64,000 nt of DNA from Clostridiaceae bacterium (GCA_012800435.1 JAAZJH010000009.1:6658-70657); one strand, 5' to 3'. Shown: positions 30,620 through 41,547, numbered from the stretch's first letter. Numbers and translations: made by a program. Notes: a model not told the origin generated them from the sequence alone.

Positions 30620-31717
30620 TCACCCGGACGCTAAAGACTCCTCAAGTTTGCTTGAGTCAATTTCGACATCGGTGTCTTTAGTATGAGTGATACTTTCATT
30701 TCTTGATGTATCAGTCTTTTTCGATACGGCATTTTTCTCGAAAAACCCTGCCTTGTCGATGTGGATACAGCGAACCCAGTGGTCTGGATCAGATTCGATC
30801 AGCGCAGGAACAGCTCTTTTGCAATTTTCGGTTGCGCGATTGCAACGTGGCCAAAAGCTGCAGCCTTTAGGCAAGTTGATTGGATCAGGCATGAGCCCGG
30901 GAATCGGCCTCAAACGTTCTTCATCGCCATCAATGCTGGGAATTGAGGAAAAAAGACCTATAGAATAAGGATGACGTGTATGGTTATAAATATCGTCAAG
31001 CGTGCCATATTCAATGAGTCTGCCTGCATACATAATCGCAACTTTCTCGCAGACTTCTGCAACAACACCAAGGTCGTGCGTTATCATAATCAGCGAAGAC
31101 TGCTGCTCCTTTTTAAGGTTGGCGATAAGATCTAACACCTGTGCTTGAATTGTGACGTCAAGAGCCGTCGTAGGTTCATCTGCAATCAGAAGATCGGGGC
31201 GGCATGCAAGTGCTATCGCGATGACAACGCGCTGGCGCATCCCTCCGGAAAATTGGTGTGGATACTCGTTGAAACGCTCGCCAGGGATACCTACCATCTC
31301 GAGAACATCCACCGCACGCTGCTCTGCCTCTTTTCGCGATAAAGTTTCATGAATGCGGACACTTTCAGCAATCTGTTTACCTACCGTCATTACGGGATTC
31401 AGAGAAGTCATTGGATCCTGAAATACCATAGATATTTTCTCACCACGAACCTTTCGCATATTCTGTTTACTCAGTTTTAACAAATCACTGCCTTCGAACT
31501 GTATTTCTCCTCCGATGATGATACCGGGCGGATCCGGCACTAGATTCATAATGCCCAGTGCCGTCGTAGTTTTGCCTGCACCTGTTTCCCCTACAAGGCC
31601 AAGACTCTCACCTTTCTTGAGGGACAACGAAAGATCGTTCACCGCATGGACCAAACCGTTATCAGTTTTGTACTGAATTGTCAAATTTTTGATTTCGAGC
31701 AGTTTATTTTCGTTCAT
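30620..31717 (-). CDS. Peptide ABC transporter ATP-binding protein (DppD/OppD-type)
   Basis: Walker A GETGAGKTT, FSGGMRQR, ADEPTTALD. Start at ATG 31717, with GGAGG 11 nt upstream. About 40-aa hydrophilic C-terminal tail. Confidence 0.9.
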   Translation of the reverse strand: MNENKLLEIKNLTIQYKTDNGLVHAVNDLSLSLKKGESLGLVGETGAGKTTTALGIMNLVPDPPGIIIGGEIQFEGSDLLKLSKQNMRKVRGEKISMVFQDPMTSLNPVMTVGKQIAESVRIHETLSRKEAEQRAVDVLEMVGIPGERFNEYPHQFSGGMRQRVVIAIALACRPDLLIADEPTTALDVTIQAQVLDLIANLKKEQQSSLIMITHDLGVVAEVCEKVAIMYAGRLIEYGTLDDIYNHTRHPYSIGLFSSIPSIDGDEERLRPIPGLMPDPINLPKGCSFWPRCNRATENCKRAVPALIESDPDHWVRCIHIDKAGFFEKNAVSKKTDTSRNESITHTKDTDVEIDSSKLEESLASG

Positions 31718-31733
31718 GCTTCTCACTCCCTCC

Positions 31734-32627
31734 TCAGTTTTTCAGACGCGGATCAAGAGCATCACGCAGACCATCCCCAAGAATATTTAATGCAAATATG
31801 GTAATCATGATGGCAAGCCCCGGAAACAAAGCCATATGCGGATACGTCAGTAAATGCTGCCGCACATTTGCCAGCATGGAGCCCCACTCCGGCGTAGGAG
31901 GCTGAATGCCAAGTCCTAAAAAACTTAATGCTGCTACGGAAAGGATCGCACCAGCCATACCGAGTGTCGCCTGTACGATGATGGGAGCCATGCAGTTCGG
32001 AAGAATGTGTCGAAGAATAATGCGGGTGTCGGAAGCACCGATGCTCTCCGCCGCCTCAATAAATTCCTGTCCCTTAATCGTTAAGACCGAAGAGCGAATG
32101 ACGCGCGCGTAAATCGGTACTTCGGCAACACCGATCGCGATGATGACGTTGTTAAGGCCGGGCTCAAAAGCGGCTGCCAGCGTAATCGCAAGCAACATGC
32201 CGGGAATGGCCATAAGGATATCCATCGACCGCATAATGATGTTATCCACTTTACCTGCATAGTAACCGGATAGGGCACCCAAAAGACCTCCGAGAATAAT
32301 AGCAAAGATGATGGACGAAAATCCGACCAAAAGAGATATTCGGCTTCCATGGATGATACGTGAGAGAATATCTCGACCAAAATTGTCGGTGCCGAGCAGA
32401 TGTTGCGTTGACGGAATCTGAAAAGCATGATCAGCATTTTGCAGGTCATACGGGTAAGGTGAGACAACGTCAGCAAGAATGGCAATCACCACCATTAGAA
32501 TGATTACAGCGAGGCTGAGCATTGCACCCTTATTCTTTTTAAGACGAAACCAGGCATTTGCCCAATAGCCGGTGCCGGACACTTGATGCTTAGTTGCTTT
32601 CCTGTTTTTCGAGTTTGTTATCGACAT
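31734..32627 (-). CDS. Peptide ABC transporter permease (DppC/OppC-type)
   Basis: Polytopic protein with BPD-transporter EAA-like loop (EAAESIGASDTRI). AAGGAGGTG RBS 7 nt upstream. Overlaps the preceding gene by 38 nt. Confidence 0.9.
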   Translation of the reverse strand: MSITNSKNRKATKHQVSGTGYWANAWFRLKKNKGAMLSLAVIILMVVIAILADVVSPYPYDLQNADHAFQIPSTQHLLGTDNFGRDILSRIIHGSRISLLVGFSSIIFAIILGGLLGALSGYYAGKVDNIIMRSMDILMAIPGMLLAITLAAAFEPGLNNVIIAIGVAEVPIYARVIRSSVLTIKGQEFIEAAESIGASDTRIILRHILPNCMAPIIVQATLGMAGAILSVAALSFLGLGIQPPTPEWGSMLANVRQHLLTYPHMALFPGLAIMITIFALNILGDGLRDALDPRLKN

Positions 32628-33588
32628 TGTTCGGCACCTCCTTTCGTCTTTTTCCTGTCACTTGATATTGAGATTTAATCCTCGGATCGATAAAGGAGTA
32701 CAAGATATCAACCAACAAATTAACTAGACTGAACGCGAGTGCTAGGAAAAGGACACCGCCTTGAACAACCATGCGATCACGTTTACCGATGGAACCGATG
32801 ATCAGTCGTCCAAGTCCCGGCAAAGCAAATACGGACTCGATCAGGATTGAACCGCCAAGAAGGATGCCGAATTGCATTCCGACTACTGTCACGACTGGTA
32901 TCAGAGCATTGCGCAAGGCGTGTACAATGATGACCTTGCTCTCCGTCTGGCCTTTGGCGCGCGCCGTACGAATGTAGTCCTGACGGATAACCTCTAACAT
33001 GGATGAGCGCGTCATGCGCATGATCGATGCCGCGGAATGTAGTCCCAATACCAGTGGTGGCAAAATCCAATATTTCCATCCATACGATCCTGATGCGGGC
33101 AGCCATCCTAATATGGAAGAGAAAAGGATAGTCGCCATTAATCCTGCCCAGAAACTCGGCATCGAAACACCGAGGAGCGCGAAAGAGGTTGTGACTTTAT
33201 CTAAGATAGAGTACTGCCTCGTCGCCGAAATAATCCCGAATGTAAGTCCGAATACGAGTGAAACAGTTACGCTTAACGTTGCCAATCTCAACGTCGTCGG
33301 GAAACGCTCAAGGATTTCTTTCAGCACTGGCTCTCCTGTCTGAAAGCTCTCGCCGAAGTCACCGCGCAACACAATATTTTTGATGTAATCGGTGAGCTGC
33401 ACAAAATACGGGCGATCAAAGCCCTTCTCCTCAAGCAACTGCTGCACCGCCTCTTCCGATGCATTCGGCCCCAACATGATGCGCGCGGGATTCCCGGGCG
33501 TGAGATACATGATGGTAAAAACGAAGATAATGACACCGAGAAGCACCGGAATCATCAAGAGAAATCTTTTTCCTATATATTTCAGCAC
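32590..33588 (-). CDS. Peptide ABC transporter permease (DppB/OppB-type)
   Basis: N-terminus MLKYIGKRFLLMIPVLLGV is typical for DppB/OppB. GTG start, overlapping the stop of the upstream aminotransferase. Confidence 0.9.
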   Translation of the reverse strand: MLKYIGKRFLLMIPVLLGVIIFVFTIMYLTPGNPARIMLGPNASEEAVQQLLEEKGFDRPYFVQLTDYIKNIVLRGDFGESFQTGEPVLKEILERFPTTLRLATLSVTVSLVFGLTFGIISATRQYSILDKVTTSFALLGVSMPSFWAGLMATILFSSILGWLPASGSYGWKYWILPPLVLGLHSAASIMRMTRSSMLEVIRQDYIRTARAKGQTESKVIIVHALRNALIPVVTVVGMQFGILLGGSILIESVFALPGLGRLIIGSIGKRDRMVVQGGVLFLALAFSLVNLLVDILYSFIDPRIKSQYQVTGKRRKEVPNNVDNKLEKQESN

Positions 33589-34817
33589 GATGCCTCCCCC
33601 TTTCTATTCTTCGACAAGTCGAGAAGCGCTTTACGCATGCGACATACAGCATTTTCAAATTCTTCGTCAGAACTCAACACGCCGTGTACGACACGGATGT
33701 GCCCTTGTCCTGAAGGACCATATACTGAACCTCCATTCACCAACACTTTCGCGTGGTCACGCAGGTATTTCACAACATCTGAATCAGTCCCAAGTGCCGA
33801 AACGTCGAGCCAAGACAGAATACCGGATTCGCTCTTGTACATATTGACGCCGGGAATATCATGAAGTGCCTTATAGCAGAAATCACGGCGATACTCTTGA
33901 ATCCGTCGATACTCTTTCAAAAAAGAATGATCGTCCAACGCCGCTTCTGCACCGGCTTGTGCTGCTGTGTTCGTAGCACCAATAACTGATACGGCCGTGC
34001 CGTAAAGCTTGTCCATGATGACATCATTCGTAACAAGATATCCGACACGATAACCAGAAAGCCCCATCCCCTTTGAGAAAGAGAAAACACTGATCGTACG
34101 CTCCCACATTCCGGGAAGAGAAGCGATAGACACCATTTCAATATCATCGAAAATAATGTCCTCAAAAGCTTGATCGACCACGAGAACAAGATCGTGGCGG
34201 ATAATAAAATCAGCGAGTTTCTCCAGCGCTTCACGACGAAAAACATTAGCCGTTGGGTTATTTGGGTTGGTCAGCACTACCATTTTGGTTGCTGGCGTGA
34301 CTCTCTCATCAAATGCCTGTACATCGAGCGCCCACCCCTTTGTGGGATCAAGCGGCACGTCGATCACGTTACCGCCTAAAATATGCGTATTTTGCGCATT
34401 GTTGGGATAACTAGGGTCAGGAATCATCACGTCATCCCCGTCTTGTACGAAAGAAATCATGGCAAAGAAAAGCCCGGCATCTGATCCCGGTGTAATGAGA
34501 ATGTTTCGCTGAGGATCTACGTCGAGTTGATTAACCCTCTTAAGCTTCATAGCAATTTTGGCCTTGAGTGATCCACTACCGATCGGTGCTGTGTAATGGG
34601 CGCCTCTGCCTTCGAGAATCGAGTCGGCGGTTGCGCGTGAAACATGCGTCGGTGTCGCCGAATCAGGAAAAAATGCATCCGCCCAACTCATGAGCGTATA
34701 CCCTTGTTTCATCAGGACAATCACCTGATCACCGACGTCAGCCTTTTCAACCGTTCCGAAGAGACCACCTTCGGCATCGCGAAATGCTTTTCTCATTTTC
34801 CCGGTTATATCACCCAA
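33582..34817 (-). CDS. Class I/II PLP-dependent aminotransferase
   Basis: SFSKGMGLSGYRVGY contains the PLP-lysine motif, plus NPNNPT. TTG start with AAGGAG 10 nt upstream. Confidence 0.82.
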   Translation of the reverse strand: MGDITGKMRKAFRDAEGGLFGTVEKADVGDQVIVLMKQGYTLMSWADAFFPDSATPTHVSRATADSILEGRGAHYTAPIGSGSLKAKIAMKLKRVNQLDVDPQRNILITPGSDAGLFFAMISFVQDGDDVMIPDPSYPNNAQNTHILGGNVIDVPLDPTKGWALDVQAFDERVTPATKMVVLTNPNNPTANVFRREALEKLADFIIRHDLVLVVDQAFEDIIFDDIEMVSIASLPGMWERTISVFSFSKGMGLSGYRVGYLVTNDVIMDKLYGTAVSVIGATNTAAQAGAEAALDDHSFLKEYRRIQEYRRDFCYKALHDIPGVNMYKSESGILSWLDVSALGTDSDVVKYLRDHAKVLVNGGSVYGPSGQGHIRVVHGVLSSDEEFENAVCRMRKALLDLSKNRKGEASC

Positions 34818-34837
34818 CGTAACAAAGCTCCTTTATA

Positions 34838-35245
34838 TCATTTGCTGTCACTTGAGATTTTAACAAGCGCAACCGCTTCAACCTCGCAGAGTACGTTCTT
34901 TGGGAGGGTCTTAATGGCTACACAGGAGCGCGCTGGTTTATGATTCTCGAAATAACGAGCATACACTTTATTGAATACCGCGAAATCGTCCATGGACTGC
35001 AGAAAACAGAGTGTTTTTACAACATGATCGAACGAACTACCGGCAGCAACGAGCACATGACCTAGATTCTCAAAAACCTGTGTCGCCTGCGCTTCAAATT
35101 CCGATGGCACTTCGCCCGTTTCAGGAGATACCGGAAGCTGACCGGATGTAAACACAAAATCCCCGGCAACCATCGCCTGCGAATACGGGCCGATAGCGGT
35201 AGGTGCTTTTTCTGTTTCCACTTTCCTCAATGCATTCTCTATCAT
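34838..35245 (-). CDS. ridA: RidA/YjgF-family reactive enamine/imine deaminase
   Basis: 135 aa with AIGPYSQA, a C-terminal ARSCVAI-type motif and EVEAVA. Confidence 0.88.
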   Translation of the reverse strand: MIENALRKVETEKAPTAIGPYSQAMVAGDFVFTSGQLPVSPETGEVPSEFEAQATQVFENLGHVLVAAGSSFDHVVKTLCFLQSMDDFAVFNKVYARYFENHKPARSCVAIKTLPKNVLCEVEAVALVKISSDSK

Positions 35246-35349
35246 CGATCCATTTCCTTTCCGTCTAATGATATGACGATCATTTCACAATATAATAAAA
35301 AGATTGTGCCGCCCGCGGTCTTGGTATCGGTCACAGGAGACGTAATCTT

Positions 35350-35379
35350 ATTTTAGTAAATGAACTATTTTATTGTCAA
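35350..35379 (-). promoter_or_regulatory. SigA-type promoter of the ridA-aminotransferase-dpp operon
   Basis: The reverse strand reads TTGACA-18 nt-TAAAAT in the AT-rich divergent region. Confidence 0.55.
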
Positions 35380-35523
35380 GCGTTTAATACATAAAAATGT
35401 TATGGATTTGTATAATTGCTCATATCTAATATCGATCATATCGTATACAGGGTGTCACATGTTTTTATATCAGATAGATATTCCGCAATCGATTTTACGA
35501 TCGTCTCTCTTAGATTCCTGCTT

Positions 35524-35552
35524 TTGCGATTGAAAAAGAAATAATCTATAAT
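35524..35552 (+). promoter_or_regulatory. SigA-type promoter of the YheO-like regulator
   Basis: TTGCGA-17 nt-TATAAT. Confidence 0.55.
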
Positions 35553-35630
35553 ATCGACGATCACTTGATCAAAGGATTACAGTCACCCGGCGAAAAAGCC
35601 TGCTACGAATTTGGAAAGAAGCACTCATTT

Positions 35631-36311
35631 ATGGCTAAAGGCATTGCACTTACAGAAACGGATCGTCAAATACTGAAATCATATTACTCCATTTTAGAAG
35701 GATTGGATCAATTTCTGGGAGAGGGCTATGAGTTGGTACTTCACAGCCTCGAAGACCTCGATTCATCGGCCGTTAAAGTGATCAATGGGCATTACACTGG
35801 ACGCAAGGAAGGCGCGCCCATTACGGATCTCGCGCTTCGCATGCTAAGTGAAATTAAGCGTAGTGGCGACAACCACAAAAATCTCGTCTATTTCAATCGT
35901 AGCAAGAGCGGTACACCGATTCGATCGGCAACACTTCCCATTACAGGTGAAAATGAGCAAATCATTGGACTTTTATGCATCAATTTCTTCATGGATATTC
36001 CAATGAACAAATTTTTCAATGGCCTGTTTGTGGAAGAAAATGGAAAAACCGATCCTGTTGAGAACTTTGCCAGTAGCTCACAGGACTTATTGAAAAGTAC
36101 AACCATCAACGCTCAACGTACCGTTTTCAACGATCCGTCCATTCTCTCCTCAAACCGTAACAAGGCCATTATCGCCATCCTGAATGATAAAGATATCTTT
36201 CAGTTTAAAGATTCCGTAGCCATTGTCGCAGAGCAACTTGGTATTTCTAAAAACACTGTCTATCTACACCTTCGAAATCTGAATAACGGCAACGGCAAAG
36301 ATGAGGAATGA
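35631..36311 (+). CDS. YheO/DauR-like transcriptional regulator (PAS-like sensor plus C-terminal HTH)
   Basis: The pattern LKSYYSILEGLDQFLGEGYELVLHSLEDL ... INGHYTGRKEGAPITD ... LLCINF and the C-terminal VAEQLGISKNTVYLHLR HTH resemble the YheO family. ATG 35631 was chosen because the predicted promoter (35524-35552) leaves the TTG at 35565 essentially at the transcription start. Confidence 0.7.
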   Translation: MAKGIALTETDRQILKSYYSILEGLDQFLGEGYELVLHSLEDLDSSAVKVINGHYTGRKEGAPITDLALRMLSEIKRSGDNHKNLVYFNRSKSGTPIRSATLPITGENEQIIGLLCINFFMDIPMNKFFNGLFVEENGKTDPVENFASSSQDLLKSTTINAQRTVFNDPSILSSNRNKAIIAILNDKDIFQFKDSVAIVAEQLGISKNTVYLHLRNLNNGNGKDEE

Positions 36312-36470
36312 ACCTTGTGATTGTTTGATTACCTATTATCACGTATACGTTGATACCGTATTGCATTTACAACGTCTCACAAAGCTTATCATTGGTTATA
36401 GTGGTTGAATTACAAGATCGGAAATCTTCTATGCCTCGCTGCTAACTCGTAGCTGCGATACATTATTTAT

Positions 36471-36514
36471 CGCATGGTTGCTACGGTATATGGTCACACC
36501 GCAGCAACCATGCG
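36471..36514. terminator. Strong hairpin between the convergent yheO-like gene and clpC
   Basis: 12-bp stem CGCATGGTTGCT/AGCAACCATGCG with further pairing inside the loop. There is no clear U-tract on either strand. Confidence 0.5.
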
Positions 36515-36529
36515 TAACGTAATCTACTA

Positions 36530-39208
36530 TTAGGCTGGTTCAGTGTCTTGATCTTCAGCTCCGGAGGAGCGTTTTTCAAGCACATCGGCACAGGCGTTCG
36601 ACGTCTCATCAAGAGGAGCCGGTACCGTCGGATCCTTCGCCTTACAGCGTACGACGAGGTGATCCGCCTCAACGTCAAGATCGACGACCGCCGTGTCACC
36701 TTTCTCAATGATGCAGTCCAGCAATGCCTCGGAGAAACGGTCTTCAACTTCGGACTGAATCAAGCGACGGAGCGGTCGGGCGCCGAATTCGGGTTTGTAA
36801 CCCCTTGTTGCCAGAAAGTCTTTCGCCTCGTCAGTAACGTTCGTCATGATACCAAGATCTGCAATTCGCGCGATCAGCTTGTTCAGCATGATGTCAACGA
36901 TCTTCCGCATCGTATCAGGATTCAACATATGGAAGAAGATGATGCCGTCGACGCGATTAATAAATTCAGGCGCGAAAGTGCGGCGCAACTCATCCATCAC
37001 CAGCTGCTTCGCTTCCTCATAGGTTTTGCCGCCATACATCGTCGAATCATATTCCTCTTCGCCCGGTTTCGGGTCTGCGGAGCCGAAGCCGATCCGCCGT
37101 CCTTGCGATGTCGTAAGCAGGCGCGCGCCGATGTTCGACGTCATGATGACAATGGTGTTTGTAAAGTTAACCGTGCGCCCTTGTCCATCGGTCAAGCGAC
37201 CGTCTTCCATAATCTGAAGAAGCGCGTTCAATACATCGGGGTGAGCTTTTTCAACTTCATCGAATAGTATGACGGAGTACGGTTGCCGTCTTACCTTCTC
37301 CGTAAGCTGACCGCCCTCGTCATAGCCGACATAGCCCGGCGGCGAACCGATCAACTTAGAAACATCAAATTTTTCCATATATTCAGACATATCGACACGA
37401 ATCAACGCATTCTCATATCCGAACATGGTCTCCGCCAGCGCTTTGGCCAGTTCCGTCTTTCCGACACCTGTCGTACCTAGGAAAATAAAGGATCCCATAG
37501 GTCGGTTAGGATCTTTTAATCCGAGGCGCCCGCGACGAATCGCTTTCGCGACGGCCGTTACAGCTTCGTCCTGACCCAGTACACGCTTTTTGAGCTCGTC
37601 TTCTAGATTGCGAAGGCGCTCATGATCATCTTCCGTCAACGTATTCACAGGAATATTTGTCCAACTCGACACAATATCCGCGATCATATCTGCGGTAAGA
37701 GGCGGCCACTCCTCACGATCTTTATCGTCAGAATCGTTTTGATCCGCCTCAATTTGCTTTTCCAGCGCGTCTTCTCTCGACTTCAGTTCAGCCGCTCTCT
37801 CAAACGCTTCATCGGAAACGGCGTTTTCCTTCTCGGTCCGCACCTTCTCAAGTTCGGCTTGCAGATCGTGAAGCTCTTTCGAGTCAGCAGTCTGATTAAG
37901 CCTTAGCCGTGACGCTGCTTCATCAATCAGATCGATCGCTTTATCAGGCAAGAATCGGTCAGAGATGTATCGGGAAGACAGTTTGACAGCTTCTTGGATC
38001 GCGTCATCGGTGATTTGGACTCGATGGTGCTCTTCATATTTAGATCGTAGACCCATCAGGATATCTACCGTATCCTCCGGAGTCGGCTCATCGACCATGA
38101 CCGGCATGAATCGACGTTCAAGAGCAGCGTCTTTTTCAATATGTTTACGGTATTCATCGATCGTTGTAGCGCCGATTACCTGTACTTCGCCGCGTGCCAG
38201 CATCGGCTTAAGAATATTAGCCGCATCCAAAGCGCCCTCCGACGCCCCTGCACCGACGATCGTATGCAATTCATCAATGAAGAGCACAATGTTGCCTTCT
38301 TTAATAGCTTCGTCGAGGCCTTTTTTTAATCGGTCTTCAAATTCACCGCGGTATTTCGATCCGGCTACCATTCCTGAAAGATCGAGTGATAGTAAGCGTT
38401 TGCCTTGTAAGATGGAAGGCACGCGATTCGACGTAATTTTCTGAGCGAGTCCTTCGATAATGGCCGTTTTTCCAACGCCCGGCTCACCGATCAGGACGGG
38501 ATTATTTTTCGTCCGACGACAAAGAATCTGTTCAACACGAAGGATTTCCTCGTGACGTCCGATGATCGGGTCGAATCGATTTTCACGTGCCATCGCGGTC
38601 ATGTCACGACTGAACTTATCCAAGTTGGGGGTATTCGTTTTGTGATTCAGAGTTTCCTGCACGGACGCGCTTTTGCTCGATACAGGATCGCCTACTGGTG
38701 AGGAAGCTCTCTTGCCTTCTTGTGCGACTGTCGCATCGCCTTGAACGATGGCGTTGGAAAGTTCACGGTAAAGCGCACGAATATTTACCCCGGCATGATT
38801 TAGAATGCGCACCGCGACACTGTCGCCATCTCTCAGGATGGCAAGCAAAAGATGTTCAGGCTCAATGAAGGCTGCCGGCCCTGTGGCCGCGGCTTCGCGC
38901 GCCGCAAGATTTAGGACACGACGCGTCCTCGGCGTCATCTGATTGATGATCTGATTGCCGTCCATTTTTACTATTTCCGATTCCGGAACGTCTACAGGTT
39001 CTTTGCGGTTCAAGAGAATCAAGTTTTTTCTGACAAGATCCTCATCTACACCCGCCTGACTTAAAAGATCACAGCACGAACCGCTGCCCTCGGCTATGAT
39101 TCCTAAAAGCAGATGTTCCGTACCGATGTATCCTGTTTCAAAGGAACGTGATGCCACCCAAGCTGTGCCAAGTGCCTGTCCCGCCCTTTGTGAAAATCTA
39201 ACCATCAT
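36530..39208 (-). CDS. clpC: ATP-dependent Clp protease ATP-binding subunit ClpC
   Basis: Two Clp_N repeats, two AAA+ modules ([18 protein letters not shown]) and a UVR-like linker. Fourth gene of the ctsR operon. Confidence 0.95.
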   Translation of the reverse strand: MMVRFSQRAGQALGTAWVASRSFETGYIGTEHLLLGIIAEGSGSCCDLLSQAGVDEDLVRKNLILLNRKEPVDVPESEIVKMDGNQIINQMTPRTRRVLNLAAREAAATGPAAFIEPEHLLLAILRDGDSVAVRILNHAGVNIRALYRELSNAIVQGDATVAQEGKRASSPVGDPVSSKSASVQETLNHKTNTPNLDKFSRDMTAMARENRFDPIIGRHEEILRVEQILCRRTKNNPVLIGEPGVGKTAIIEGLAQKITSNRVPSILQGKRLLSLDLSGMVAGSKYRGEFEDRLKKGLDEAIKEGNIVLFIDELHTIVGAGASEGALDAANILKPMLARGEVQVIGATTIDEYRKHIEKDAALERRFMPVMVDEPTPEDTVDILMGLRSKYEEHHRVQITDDAIQEAVKLSSRYISDRFLPDKAIDLIDEAASRLRLNQTADSKELHDLQAELEKVRTEKENAVSDEAFERAAELKSREDALEKQIEADQNDSDDKDREEWPPLTADMIADIVSSWTNIPVNTLTEDDHERLRNLEDELKKRVLGQDEAVTAVAKAIRRGRLGLKDPNRPMGSFIFLGTTGVGKTELAKALAETMFGYENALIRVDMSEYMEKFDVSKLIGSPPGYVGYDEGGQLTEKVRRQPYSVILFDEVEKAHPDVLNALLQIMEDGRLTDGQGRTVNFTNTIVIMTSNIGARLLTTSQGRRIGFGSADPKPGEEEYDSTMYGGKTYEEAKQLVMDELRRTFAPEFINRVDGIIFFHMLNPDTMRKIVDIMLNKLIARIADLGIMTNVTDEAKDFLATRGYKPEFGARPLRRLIQSEVEDRFSEALLDCIIEKGDTAVVDLDVEADHLVVRCKAKDPTVPAPLDETSNACADVLEKRSSGAEDQDTEPA

Positions 39209-39280
39209 ATATGTTTGCTCTCCTGTTCTTTTTAATGGTTAATATCAGGTCAACAAGTGACTTCAAAATGTATTTAAGCT

Positions 39281-40321
39281 TTATGTTTTCTCCTGATTCA
39301 AATATTCGCGAATAATGTCCGCTCGCGCTTCATCTCGCTCCCATCCGTCGAGCGGTCGTCCCGCCTGTTGCTGGATCGCGCCTGCGCCAACACTCGCCAG
39401 AAGCAGCTGAATCGTGCTGTATTCGGGCATGCCCGGCAACTCCAGTTCGCGTCCAAGACGAAGAAGCGATAGTCCTTTCATCGCCTCTTCCGAGGATATC
39501 CGTCGTGCAAAGAGCATGTTCCCTTTTGCACGACCGATCTTATCTTCCAGACCGACACGGTCACGGTCATAAAGTTGCTGCCGCGCTTTTCGCTCTTCAG
39601 AAGCGACGCTTACGGCAAGACGCGACATATCCTGAAGCGTACGTTTTTCCGTTACACCAAGCGTAACCTGATTTGAAATCTGAACCATATCGGCATACGG
39701 TTCACTTCCTTCGCCATCAGCTCCGCGAAGTGCAAAGCCCGCTCGTGCCAACTTTCGAGAAAGGTCGCCGACGATGCCCGTACTTATGAGACCCGGAATG
39801 TGCAACATACACGACGCGCGCATACCGGTTCCGGTATTGGTTGGACAGCTCGTGAGATAACCGAGCTTCTCGTTCTTGGCCATCGGGATCCGCTTTTCTA
39901 ACGCTGCTGCGTTTTTAGATATGCAATAGGCCGCTTTTTCAAAACATAGACCGGCTCCGACAGCGAATAGGCGCAAGTGGTCTTCTTCATTGACGAGAAC
40001 ACCTGCCGATTCATCACCGAAGAGAAGAAGTGCTTCACCTTCCCTTTTTTTCAGCATATTTCTGCTTATAACACGTCTATCCGCCAAGGCGGTGACAGCG
40101 ATATCGTCCATTTTTGACAAATCTACAACAAGCGGTTTTTTGTCTTGTTCAACGCAAACTTCACGGAAGGCGGCTTCCACGCGATCACGCACGTGGTCTT
40201 TTTCCTGTGCTGTCAAACGCCAAGGAAAAGGTGTGTTGTCGATATTGCGCGCCAAGCGTACACGTGTCGAGATAACGACATCTTCATTAGGTCCGTTTTC
40301 TAAATACCAACTCTTGCTCAT
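39281..40321 (-). CDS. mcsB: Protein arginine kinase McsB
   Basis: ATP:guanido phosphotransferase-like core (SRVRLARNI ..., TSCPTNTGTGMRAS) in canonical operon position. Confidence 0.92.
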   Translation of the reverse strand: MSKSWYLENGPNEDVVISTRVRLARNIDNTPFPWRLTAQEKDHVRDRVEAAFREVCVEQDKKPLVVDLSKMDDIAVTALADRRVISRNMLKKREGEALLLFGDESAGVLVNEEDHLRLFAVGAGLCFEKAAYCISKNAAALEKRIPMAKNEKLGYLTSCPTNTGTGMRASCMLHIPGLISTGIVGDLSRKLARAGFALRGADGEGSEPYADMVQISNQVTLGVTEKRTLQDMSRLAVSVASEERKARQQLYDRDRVGLEDKIGRAKGNMLFARRISSEEAMKGLSLLRLGRELELPGMPEYSTIQLLLASVGAGAIQQQAGRPLDGWERDEARADIIREYLNQEKT

Positions 40322-40381
40322 GTTTTAAATCCTGCTTCGTACATCGTTCATGCCGTACATCATTTACACCCGTCGTCTTGA

Positions 40382-40834
40382 TCACTCGGTAAAGCTATTT
40401 TCGTCACCTAAGATATCCTCAATCGAATGATAGTCGTTTTCATGTAATTCGCTCACGTGACAGGTGTGCCCATGCGCTTTTTGAAAAACCGGTTTTAGCA
40501 ACTGAGCGAAGGTGTCATAACAATGACGACATCCGAGCAACCCTGTCTTTCTGAGCTCTGCCTCCGTCTCGCCGCATGACGGGCACACCATACCGCGCAA
40601 ACGAGGAGCATGATCCTCGTCCTTAAAGGGAAGACCGAAAAGTGTTGATCCCGGTAACATTGTGTCCAGCAGATCATTCCACATAGAATGAGATCCCGAC
40701 ATTTGCGAACTTGTAAAATCTATATTCCTTTGCGCAGCGCAATAGTCACAAAGATAAAGATCATCACGTTTTCCGTTCACCACGCACTTCACGTGGACAC
40801 GCGCCTCGCGTTCATGACATCGCTGACAAATCAC
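40382..40834 (-). CDS. mcsA: McsA, activator of protein arginine kinase (zinc-finger/UVR protein)
   Basis: CxxC pairs (CQRCHE, CDYC, CPSCGE, CRHCY). The start overlaps the ctsR stop by 4 nt. Confidence 0.88.
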   Translation of the reverse strand: MICQRCHEREARVHVKCVVNGKRDDLYLCDYCAAQRNIDFTSSQMSGSHSMWNDLLDTMLPGSTLFGLPFKDEDHAPRLRGMVCPSCGETEAELRKTGLLGCRHCYDTFAQLLKPVFQKAHGHTCHVSELHENDYHSIEDILGDENSFTE

Positions 40835-41340
40835 AAAGCACCTCCCTGTGCGGCAAGACTCGTTAAGATTGTTTTGAAAATGTCAGATCGCACCTCATCC
40901 CGCAATGGATTTGCAAGCCGGAAAAGACTGCGGTCAGATAGCACAGAAAAGAAGATCCGCGCGATCCTTTCTGACACAATTTCATCGTTTTTCATCCCGC
41001 TAACGAGAATATAAACATCGTGTTGGGTTAGCGAATCCGGCATTGAGCGCACAAGCTGCATCAAATACTCGGTGACGTCAGAATAGGGAATACGTTTTAT
41101 ACGTACAAATCCCGAACCTCCACGTCGACTCTCAACCAAAAATCCCTGCTCATAAGTAAAACGCGTTGACAGCACATATGTGATCTGTGAGGGGGTCACC
41201 CTCATCTCCGCAGCCATCACATTTCTGACGATCTGACACGATCCGTCCTGTTCTTCAATCAAGCCGAGAATAGCTTCCTCAATTCTGTCGCTAATGCTTT
41301 TCACTTCTTCGTTTCCTTCGCTATGATGATCACCTATCAT
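40831..41340 (-). CDS. ctsR: Class III stress-gene transcriptional repressor CtsR
   Basis: ISDRIEEAILGLIEE ... SQITYVLSTRFTYEQGFLVESRRGGSGFVRIKRI is the CtsR HTH/glycine-rich core. The ATG at 41340 has no SD. GTG at 41304 (GAAGGAA upstream) is an alternative start. Confidence 0.9.
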   Translation of the reverse strand: MIGDHHSEGNEEVKSISDRIEEAILGLIEEQDGSCQIVRNVMAAEMRVTPSQITYVLSTRFTYEQGFLVESRRGGSGFVRIKRIPYSDVTEYLMQLVRSMPDSLTQHDVYILVSGMKNDEIVSERIARIFFSVLSDRSLFRLANPLRDEVRSDIFKTILTSLAAQGGAL

Positions 41341-41521
41341 GTGTGCTTATACGTCAATTTGCTTGACGTCTGTTCCCGCCTATCGAGAAGAGCACGACGG
41401 AGAATAACCGGGTTTCGATTGCCTTCCTATCCTCTCCTGCCTGCCGGTAAGAACATCTAGTTCCTTTTGAAAATCTATACGCTTAGCACTTCTATGCTTT
41501 CACTCATCGTAAAAATTAGTC

Positions 41522-41538
41522 TTTTACTTTCTTTGACT
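41522..41538 (-). promoter_or_regulatory. CtsR operator (direct heptad repeat)
   Basis: The reverse strand reads AGTCAAA-GAA-AGTAAAA, one mismatch to the A/GGTCAAAnAnA/GGTCAAA consensus. It starts 9 nt after the -10 box. Confidence 0.7.
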
Positions 41539-41547
41539 TTCGTTTTT

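Noticed and set aside
36548-37267. Long antisense ORFs from the track (36548-37267 239 aa, 23980-24558 192 aa, 56356-56961 201 aa, 1948-2424 158 aa, 7417-7893 158 aa, 37965-38444 159 aa and many shorter ones).
   Set aside because: Each lies entirely within, and opposite to or out of frame with, a strongly conserved gene (clpC, livJ, CNNM, addB, gyrA). They have low-complexity Arg/Ser-rich composition and no RBS.
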